Shown here piece by piece: positions 11,033 through 18,306 of a DNA stretch of 64,000 nt. This DNA is from Parcubacteria group bacterium M10-OD1-1. GTDB lineage: Bacteria; Patescibacteriota; Minisyncoccia; Moranbacterales; UBA2206. Location of the stretch: positions 9,351-73,350 of the forward strand of contig LSNL01000001.1 of assembly GCA_003056145.1 (NCBI GenBank). Direction: 5' to 3'. Within the stretch, counting starts at the first letter, position 1. Every line of letters starts with the position of its first letter. Position numbers and translations under genes: made by a program. The notes under the pieces are model-generated. The model saw nothing but the letters and a program-made list of their open reading frames with translations. It did not search any database and was not told where the DNA came from.

Positions 11033-11593
11033 ATTTTTAATTACACTACTTTGATACTTATTGTTTCTCCTGTTATCTTAGCCTAAACTATTTCGAAAAA
11101 AGATAAAGTGATGAGATATTTATTTCTTAACTTCTCTGCATAATCAAAAAAGGTTTTAAATTCTTCACTCATATTTTTGTTTATTTAAACTATAATCTAA
11201 TTGATATTTTTAGAATAGCATGATACTAGATGGCAAAACAACTCAATCTAATCGAGAAACTAGAAAAATTTTTTAAAGTTTCATCTATAGTAACAGGACA
11301 CTGCATTATCCAGATTCAAATTTAGAAACATAAAACTGAGTTTTTTAAGAAATTTTACAACTTTTATTTAAAAATTATTAAAAAGTACTTCAAAATATTT
11401 ATAGACTATTTTAACTAAAAAGTCGATACAAAAATCACTTTTACCTTACCCTTGATTATCAAAAAATAGGGTTATTGCTTTATAGAGTTTGTTTCAAAAT
11501 TGTGCAATTTAATCATGCAAAAAAAGATAAACTTTACAAATTTTGTTCTTTGTATTTCTAGGTAGTAACGGAATTGTTAAAATTGAATATAAA

Positions 11594-11630
11594 AATCCCG
11601 CAGAATGTGAATTACACATTCTGCGGGATT
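11594..11630 (-). terminator. Intrinsic terminator (16-bp perfect stem)
   Basis: aatcccgcagaatgtg-aatta-cacattctgcgggatt, followed by a U-run on the minus strand, downstream of the 11656 ORF. Confidence 0.8.
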
Positions 11631-11655
11631 GAACATTACCTGCGCCTGTAGTGTT

Positions 11656-11979
11656 TTACGGCAGGCCCATCATCGGATCATGCCACACGTTTATTTGTCC
11701 TCCTTTAGGAAGGGCTTTGCGGATTAACTCCGCGAGCTCTTCTTGCGAATAATCTAACGACCATCGGGCAAAAGCCGGGACAGACTCATGCCTCTTTTTT
11801 ACCTTAAGAGGTTGGCTCTCTCCCAATCTCATATATGAAATTGGGCGAGAGAAAGACAAACTAAGCAATTTATCAGAAGCCTCCTTTGGGCTTCTGGCAC
11901 TTAGTTTCTTTTCAAAAATTATCCACTCAACTGGGGTGCTTCTCGACCAGTACCCCTGCGAATATTCTATCTTGTACAT
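11656..11979 (-). CDS. Hypothetical protein (orphan)
   Basis: ORF with strong SD AGGAGGT ahead of ATG at 11979, own promoter and terminator; no recognisable domain. Confidence 0.7.
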   Translation of the reverse strand: MYKIEYSQGYWSRSTPVEWIIFEKKLSARSPKEASDKLLSLSFSRPISYMRLGESQPLKVKKRHESVPAFARWSLDYSQEELAELIRKALPKGGQINVWHDPMMGLP

Positions 11980-12026
11980 TTCGACCTCCTTTTTTTGTTT
12001 TGAATAATTTGTAGCTTCCACTGTTG

Positions 12027-12106
12027 AATATACACTACAATTGAGTAGATGTCAATAGGTATTGACATATATGTGATAACCGTATAATATAAGTATACAC
12101 TTATAT
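12027..12106. promoter_or_regulatory. Back-to-back sigma70 promoters and a putative operator
   Basis: Inverted repeat atgtcaata-gg-tattgacat (12049-12068) gives TTGACA on both strands; minus strand TTGACA-17-TATATT; second inverted repeat atataagt-atac-acttatat (12087-12106) overlaps the plus-strand -10/start region. Confidence 0.65.
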
Positions 12107-12138
12107 AAAATATTAGCTATTTGTCATTGATATTACTT

Positions 12139-12912
12139 ATGAAAAAAAAAGATAAAATTTATAATTCATTATACGCACCATTAAAAGAATTGGGTTTGTC
12201 TGAGATGGAAATAGATGTCTATATTATTTCTCTAAAATTGGGGCCCTCTCAAATTTCAACCATTGCCGAACATTTAGGTATTGCTAGACCCAACATTTAT
12301 AAAATAATAAAAGGTTTAGAAAATAAAGGGTTATCTAAATTTACAACTAAAACAAAATATCAGCGAAATTTTGTAGTTGAGTCGCCAACCGTGATATTAG
12401 AAAAATTTAGAAAAAAGGAAGAAAAATTTATACAAAAAGAAAAAGAATTAGTTGGTGAGATGCCCTACTTGATTGCAAATTATCAGCAAGGGAGTTTGCC
12501 TACCAAAATAAAAATATATCAAGGAAAAGAAGATTTCAGAAAGATATTTTTTAGTATCTTGAAAGAAGCCGATGATGTAATTTGGTTCTGTGGTTCAGCA
12601 AAGGATTTTATCGGTTTTATTTCTTGGTCTGATGAACGAAAATGGATTAGAGAGAGAATGAAAAAGAACTTATTTATAAAGGCGTTACTTTTGCCTAGCG
12701 TAGAGGCAGAGATATTGAAAAAAACAGACAGTAAGCAGTTGAGAAAAACTAAAATTATGAAAAAAGTTAATCCTTTTCTAACATCATTTCAGCTGTTTGC
12801 TAATAAAGTTATTTTTTGGCAACCGATAGCTCCACTAGTTTTGGTAATTGAAGATCAGTATCTTGTTGAAATGATGAAAAGTATTGTTAAAAAATTGTGG
12901 GAAGAGACTTAA
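12139..12912 (+). CDS. TrmB-family transcriptional regulator
   Basis: LKELGLSEMEIDVYIISLKLG..IAEHLGIARPNIYKIIKGLENKGL winged HTH, followed by IKIYQG and a PLD-like effector domain. Confidence 0.85.
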   Translation: MKKKDKIYNSLYAPLKELGLSEMEIDVYIISLKLGPSQISTIAEHLGIARPNIYKIIKGLENKGLSKFTTKTKYQRNFVVESPTVILEKFRKKEEKFIQKEKELVGEMPYLIANYQQGSLPTKIKIYQGKEDFRKIFFSILKEADDVIWFCGSAKDFIGFISWSDERKWIRERMKKNLFIKALLLPSVEAEILKKTDSKQLRKTKIMKKVNPFLTSFQLFANKVIFWQPIAPLVLVIEDQYLVEMMKSIVKKLWEET

Positions 12913-13049
12913 TAAAGCAATTACAAAAAGCATGCATTTTTAAGATAAGGTTTTTGTCGTTGCCTTTGTTTTGATTTAAAAAGAAACCAATTAGCTAGAA
13001 AAAAATATGAGTATTCGCCGTTACTTATCGATAAAACACTATTTTTATA

Positions 13050-13556
13050 CTATTCTTGTTTACTTGAATATCTTTCTCTCCACTCGTTAAGAATTTTTGC
13101 TAAATCTTTCGCCGATTTTTTATACGTATTAGGCAAGCCTCCTTCAAAACCCGAAATACTTTTTGCCATTTTTTTACTCATATCAAGCGTGACATTCTCT
13201 GAATCAGAGTTTTTACGATAGTTAAAAACTACTTTTTTTGCACCACCCAACAAGAAAAATCCGATATATTTAGTTCCAAAACTCTCCACATCACTCCATT
13301 TTGTAAAAGTACTTCGAGACATTACACATACTTCAAACCCTTTTTCAGATAAACGGAGATAAGAACGTTTGTGTGAAAAATTTATAACCGCCACAAAAGA
13401 ACTAAAACCAAAGAATATTAAAATCAGCCAACCGGTAAGGTCTCCCGTACTCGCCAACCAGATACCTCCTACAGTAAAGAACAGCGATATACTTAAAATT
13501 ACAAACGACTTTAATTTGCTTGGATACAGCACTAGAGACTTTTGATTTTTATTCAT
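13050..13556 (-). CDS. Membrane protein with two TM helices and a PH-like domain (STM3941-like)
   Basis: Two N-terminal TM helices, then LRLSEKGF...KWSDV. Confidence 0.6.
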   Translation of the reverse strand: MNKNQKSLVLYPSKLKSFVILSISLFFTVGGIWLASTGDLTGWLILIFFGFSSFVAVINFSHKRSYLRLSEKGFEVCVMSRSTFTKWSDVESFGTKYIGFFLLGGAKKVVFNYRKNSDSENVTLDMSKKMAKSISGFEGGLPNTYKKSAKDLAKILNEWRERYSSKQE

Positions 13557-13831
13557 AAAATTTATATCTAATTAATTATTATCTTATGTTTTTCATATCA
13601 TACTTTAAGCATCTACTGAAAGAATATTAGAAATGCAACGCTCTTTGCACTTTTTATTGTCCGTCCAAAACTAACAAAAACCCTTCTGTCGCACCATTAG
13701 ATTTTATTAGAAATTCCAAAATGGACTATAGAGATATAATAGCATATTTTATTTCTACTCGTCGCCATTTCTCCATTTCTTCGCGAACTTGGCGCTACGC
13801 TCGTGGTAACTTAGAAAATGTGTCGAAAAAT

Positions 13832-15820
13832 CTATGGAATCAACTTTTTATATGTTCTTGGGAAAGGCACTGCATCTTGAACCATGTCCATATCTAGTAT
13901 TTTCGCAATCAATCGATCAATACCTATACAAAAACCACCGTGTGGAACAGCTCCATCTACTATAGAAATATAAAACTCATAATCACGAGCATTTATTCCC
14001 GAAAGTTGCATCGACTTTCTTATTTTATCACCATCGGTTTGTCGTATTGCACCACTTACAAGTTCCCACCCACCAACAATCACATCAAAAGTCTCTGTCA
14101 GCCCTTTAGATTTATTTTTAGTATAAAATTTTTTAATAGTATCGGGGTAATCTTTTACGACAAAAATATCGTTACCATATTGTTTTTTTACTAGCTGTCC
14201 AAGATTTGATTCGCTCACAAGCCCAAGATCATCACCAAGAGTCACTGGACTACCATTTTTTCGCAACATATCGACTGCCTCGTGATATGTTAATATCGGT
14301 ATGTTGTCTACTTCAGGAATAACTAAATAGCGTTGTAAATCAAAAGTTTCTACAATTTTGTCATTAGATTTTTTTATTATTGAGCAGGCTAGGAAATAAA
14401 GCTCTTTTAGATTTTTTGGATTATTGAATTCAATATCAAGCCCGATAGATTCTTGTAAATGCCTATATGACTCACTTTCTTCTTTTCTCCAAAATGGACC
14501 TATCTCATAAACTTTATCCATCCCTGAGGCTACGAGTATTTGTTTATATATTTGGTTAGATTGACGCAAAAAAGCAGTGGTTCCATTAATCCAGTCCACA
14601 TTGATTGTTCCTCCCTTGTCGATCTTAGGTGGATCGGTTGAAATTCCCACAATATGAGGAGTTGTGACTTCTATAAAATTTTCATTATGTAAATATTCTC
14701 TTATGCTATTTATCAACTCTCCTCTTTGTTTTATTAAATTAATTTTCTTTTCATCAAGTTTTAAAGTGTGATTCTTTTGTTTGTAAATATACTTTTTCCC
14801 AATATTTTTATTTATCGTATTTATAACAGTATTTAATTTGCTCTGTATGACAACTCGCACTTTACTAATCTCTTTTTTACGAAGTTGAGTGTTTTGTTCG
14901 GCTATTTTTGATAATTCACTAATATCAACTATAGCATTTAGTTTTTCATTCAAAATCGGAGGTGAAACAAGATCTACAAAATAGATTTTTGAAGTGTCTG
15001 GTATTGTCTTTATTAATCTCTCGACAATTTTTTTAGTATTCTCATTATTATCTAGCGCCACCACAACAGAGCTAATATTATTGGAAATTATAAGTTTATC
15101 AAGAGATAAATAATGCACAGATATTTCATCGAGATTCTCCTTTTTAATATCAATAGGAGTACGATTTAAAATATATACGGGCAAAAATAGTTCACGATTT
15201 AATATTTTAGCAATAAGTTTTCCGGATTTTCCGTAACCAACCAAAAGAACACTCTGCTTTTCCTGGGTATTTTGCGCAATAAGCTCGCATGCAATTCTTT
15301 CAAGTGATATATTCCCATTAAAAAGACTTGTTCTTAATTTGCAATCCGCAACAATCTCAGTTAGCCATTTTGCAATAGTCTTAAGAACTTCAATGCCACC
15401 ATGGATTCCTGAAAGCAACCCATTATTTATCTGCTTTGAAACTTGTGAGTCCCCAATTGTGACACTATGTAGCCCAACAACACACTCTGCTAAAAATTTA
15501 AGAGCGTCAATATTATGGGACATCTTAATATCTCTTGTCATATCTAAAATTCCCTCTTTGGAGTTTTTATCCCATGTCGCCAACAATCTGTCATGGATAT
15601 AATCAAATGACAAATCATTCATATACGAAGCAACCACTATAACCGCATTGCATTTTTTTATTATCGCTAAAGATTCAATTTCAATACCTAAATCTTTCTT
15701 AAATTTTTCTAAAGCATCCAAGTCACTCTCAAGATTTGCTGAATTCAAATTAGACAACGCCCTGTTATCAAGTCTTTGATAGTTAAGTGTCGCACAGATT
15801 ATTTTAGTATGTAGTTGCAT
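13832..15820 (-). CDS. Fusion of a glutamyl-tRNA reductase (HemA)-like domain and a class IIb Asp/Asn-tRNA synthetase catalytic domain (no anticodon-binding domain)
   Basis: N-terminal: KKCNA (TCNR-like), GLHSVTIGDSQV (GLDSMVLGExQI-like), ISLERIACEL, VLLVGYGKSG, NRT, DLVSP. C-terminal: FIEVTTPHI, QSNQIYKQ, YEIGPFWRKE..RHLQE, ELVSGAIR, PHGGFCIGIDRL, PFPR. Probable start is ATG 15820 (ORF track starts at 15847). Confidence 0.85.
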   Translation of the reverse strand: MQLHTKIICATLNYQRLDNRALSNLNSANLESDLDALEKFKKDLGIEIESLAIIKKCNAVIVVASYMNDLSFDYIHDRLLATWDKNSKEGILDMTRDIKMSHNIDALKFLAECVVGLHSVTIGDSQVSKQINNGLLSGIHGGIEVLKTIAKWLTEIVADCKLRTSLFNGNISLERIACELIAQNTQEKQSVLLVGYGKSGKLIAKILNRELFLPVYILNRTPIDIKKENLDEISVHYLSLDKLIISNNISSVVVALDNNENTKKIVERLIKTIPDTSKIYFVDLVSPPILNEKLNAIVDISELSKIAEQNTQLRKKEISKVRVVIQSKLNTVINTINKNIGKKYIYKQKNHTLKLDEKKINLIKQRGELINSIREYLHNENFIEVTTPHIVGISTDPPKIDKGGTINVDWINGTTAFLRQSNQIYKQILVASGMDKVYEIGPFWRKEESESYRHLQESIGLDIEFNNPKNLKELYFLACSIIKKSNDKIVETFDLQRYLVIPEVDNIPILTYHEAVDMLRKNGSPVTLGDDLGLVSESNLGQLVKKQYGNDIFVVKDYPDTIKKFYTKNKSKGLTETFDVIVGGWELVSGAIRQTDGDKIRKSMQLSGINARDYEFYISIVDGAVPHGGFCIGIDRLIAKILDMDMVQDAVPFPRTYKKLIP

Positions 15821-15824
15821 ATTT

Positions 15825-16580
15825 TTATTTATTATTTCTATATACATTCTCTACCGTTGCCTGATGTAATGGCGTTACGGTAATTTCATTTATTTGTACA
15901 TGCTCTGGTGATTCTATGGAAAACTTTATAATTGTAGCGATGTCCTCGGCTGAAAGAGGTTTAATGCCAAAATATGCTTCTTTTGCCTTTTCTTTATCCC
16001 CATCAAAACGCGTAATGCTAAAATTTGTTTCAACTAATCCTGGTTGAATATTCGTTATTCTAATTTTATGCTCAATTACATCTTTGCGAAGACCGTCTGA
16101 AATAGATTTTACTGCAGCTTTAGTTGCAGAATAGACTATACCTTTTGCATAAGTGTTAATACCTGCTATTGAACCCATATTAACAATATGTCCATTATTT
16201 TTATCTTTCATATATTTCAAAGCAAACTTTGTAACATAAAGTAGACCTGCAATATTAGTATTTAACATTGTGTCCCAATCTGAAATAAGGCTTCCTTCAA
16301 AACTATCTAGTCCAAGAGCGAGACCTGCGGAATTAATTAGAACCTCTGGATATATTTTTTTCTCGTCAAGCATACCAAACATTTTTTTCACTTGTTCGTT
16401 GTCTGTAACGTCAACTCCAACTACCATTACTTCTTCATCGGAAACTCCAAGATCTTTTTTTACATCGTGTAACTTGTCTAAATTTCTAGAACAAAGCACT
16501 AATCTATTGCCAGCTTGTAGCTTGTAAGCACATGCTAAACCTATCCCACTACTCGCACCTGTTATAAGTATTGTTTTCAT
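15825..16580 (-). CDS. YdfG-like NADP-dependent SDR (3-hydroxy acid dehydrogenase / malonic semialdehyde reductase family)
   Basis: ITGASSGIG, NSAGLALGL, WDTMLNTN, GSIAG, YSATK, IQPGLVETNFS..RFDGD. Confidence 0.88.
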   Translation of the reverse strand: MKTILITGASSGIGLACAYKLQAGNRLVLCSRNLDKLHDVKKDLGVSDEEVMVVGVDVTDNEQVKKMFGMLDEKKIYPEVLINSAGLALGLDSFEGSLISDWDTMLNTNIAGLLYVTKFALKYMKDKNNGHIVNMGSIAGINTYAKGIVYSATKAAVKSISDGLRKDVIEHKIRITNIQPGLVETNFSITRFDGDKEKAKEAYFGIKPLSAEDIATIIKFSIESPEHVQINEITVTPLHQATVENVYRNNK

Positions 16581-17998
16581 GTATTAATTTTTGTTATTTT
16601 AACTCCCAATTCTTTCTTCTGCTTATCTGAAATTTGTGCAGGTGCTCCAAGTATTAAATCTTTTCCATCTCCTGTTTTAGCGAAAGGTATCACTTCTCTA
16701 ATACTTAATTCATTTTCAAGAATCATGATAAGACGATCAAAACCCCATGCAATACCTCCATGTGGTGGAGCACCATACGAAAAAGCCTCAAGTATATGAC
16801 CAAAATTCTTTTCAATTTTATCATCTGTATACCCCATAATTTCAAAGGTTTTTTTTAAAGCTTCTGATTTGTGATTTCGTATGCTACCACCACCAATTTC
16901 AAAACCATTGAGTATAATATCATATTGTGTTGTTAAAATATTGCCTATGTTTTCTTTATTCATAAACATTTTTAGGTGTTCATCTTTTGGTTTCGAAAAA
17001 GGATTATGCGTAAATGTCCACTCTCCCGTCCCATCTACATTTTCATCTTCTGTTTTTTCAAACATAGGAAAATCTACTACCCACAAAAACGCCAGAAGAT
17101 TTGGGTTATTCTTATCTTCACGAATGTCTGGTCTATCATTGCCGTATTTTTCCATTGCTCCTGCATAAGTTATTCTCGGAAATGGTATCTGTTGAATTTG
17201 TTTTTCTGGATACTGTTTCTTGATAAGCTCAATTAATAACTGTTCGTTGATTTGCATAATATCCTCTTCATCGACAAAAGCGAGTTCCATATCTAGCTGA
17301 GTAAATTCAGCTTGTCTATCGCCACGAGCATCTTCATCACGCATACATCGTGCGAACTGAAAATATTTTTCAAAACCAGCAGTCATTAAGAGTTGCTTGT
17401 ATTGTTGTGGTGATTGAGGAAGTGCATAGAAATCTCCTTTCCATATTCTATGAGGAACAATAAATGAGCGAGACCCTTCTGGAGTTGGCACTGAAAGTAT
17501 AGGAGTTTCAATTTCAATGAAATTTTGCTCACTTAAATAATTACGCACAAAATTTTGTACCTTAAATCTATTTTTAATATTTTTCTGCATACGAGATGTC
17601 CGCAAATCAAGATAACGATACTTAAGTCGTGTACTTTCATTCACCTCCCTAGTGTCACCATCGATAGGAAACGGCAAAACTTCAGCAAAATTAAGCACAA
17701 TGATTTTTAAAATCTCAAGTTCAATATCACCATTTTGCGTGTTTGGTTTTTTGTTCCTTTCGGGGCGTTCATTTACTTTTCCAGTTACCTCAACTACGCA
17801 CTCTTCACGAATATTCTTCCCAACATCCATTGCTCCACTTTTTGGTAAAATAACCCCTTGTACCACTCCCGTTGTATCTCGGAAATCAAGAAAAACCATC
17901 TTTCCTTGATCGCGTCTAACCTTAACCCACCCTTTAATTACAACTTGCTTACCTATTTTAGATGAAAGTTTATTTATGTATATTCTATTTATTTTCAT
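16577..17998 (-). CDS. aspS: Aspartate--tRNA ligase (bacterial type, lacks the GAD insertion)
   Basis: OB fold GWV..RRDQGKMVFLDFRD, RLKYRYLDLR, LPQSPQQYKQLLM, RDED..GDRQAEFTQLDME, GGGSIR, PPHGGIAWGFDRL. Confidence 0.95.
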   Translation of the reverse strand: MKINRIYINKLSSKIGKQVVIKGWVKVRRDQGKMVFLDFRDTTGVVQGVILPKSGAMDVGKNIREECVVEVTGKVNERPERNKKPNTQNGDIELEILKIIVLNFAEVLPFPIDGDTREVNESTRLKYRYLDLRTSRMQKNIKNRFKVQNFVRNYLSEQNFIEIETPILSVPTPEGSRSFIVPHRIWKGDFYALPQSPQQYKQLLMTAGFEKYFQFARCMRDEDARGDRQAEFTQLDMELAFVDEEDIMQINEQLLIELIKKQYPEKQIQQIPFPRITYAGAMEKYGNDRPDIREDKNNPNLLAFLWVVDFPMFEKTEDENVDGTGEWTFTHNPFSKPKDEHLKMFMNKENIGNILTTQYDIILNGFEIGGGSIRNHKSEALKKTFEIMGYTDDKIEKNFGHILEAFSYGAPPHGGIAWGFDRLIMILENELSIREVIPFAKTGDGKDLILGAPAQISDKQKKELGVKITKINT

Positions 17999-18112
17999 AA
18001 AGATTATTTCAAAAGTTTATCCGTGTTGTTTCTATGTGATTACAATTTCCACATTGTTTATTTTATTAAAAGTTTCAATGTTTATTCAAAGCACTTAGTG
18101 CTAGCACAATGT

Positions 18113-18202
18113 TGGCGGAGAGTGAGGGATTCGAACCCTCGAAGCCGGTTAAAACTTGCCACCTTTCCAAGGTGGTGCACTAGACCACTATGCGAACTCT
18201 CC
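18113..18202 (-). tRNA. tRNA-Ser(GGA)
   Basis: Reverse complement GGAGAGTTCGCATAGTGGTCTAGTGCACCACCTTGGAAAGGTGGCAAGTTTTAACCGGCTTCGAGGGTTCGAATCCCTCACTCTCCGCCA: cloverleaf, long variable arm, G73, encoded CCA. Confidence 0.96.
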
Positions 18203-18216
18203 TATATGAACATACA

Positions 18217-18260
18217 ATATTATTAAAAGTGACCTTATATAAGGTCACTTTTAATAATAT
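18217..18260. repeat. Perfect 44-bp palindrome overlapping the tRNA-Ser promoter
   Basis: atattattaaaagtgaccttat|ataaggtcacttttaataatat; the minus-strand TTGAAA-17-TATTAT promoter has its -10 inside the right arm. Confidence 0.9.
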
Positions 18261-18306
18261 CAATAAATCCTAATAATTTCAACTTTTTTAGCTTTTAATC
18301 TTTTTT

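Noticed and set aside
13781-13806. tcgcgaacttggcgctacgctcgtgg as the attR copy of tRNA-Ser
   Set aside because: Only 6-7 nt patches (ttggcg, gcgaact) match the tRNA; too short to support
13832-15820. Calling the fusion a normal hemA or asnS/aspS
   Set aside because: The TCNR arginine and other glutamate-binding residues are changed, no hem genes are nearby, and the synthetase half has no anticodon-binding domain
11033-18112. Intact prophage, IS or integron
   Set aside because: No integrase, transposase, phage structural gene or repeated attC-like site recognised
18023-18226. 67-aa plus-strand ORF
   Set aside because: Antisense to tRNA-Ser; a typical tRNA shadow ORF
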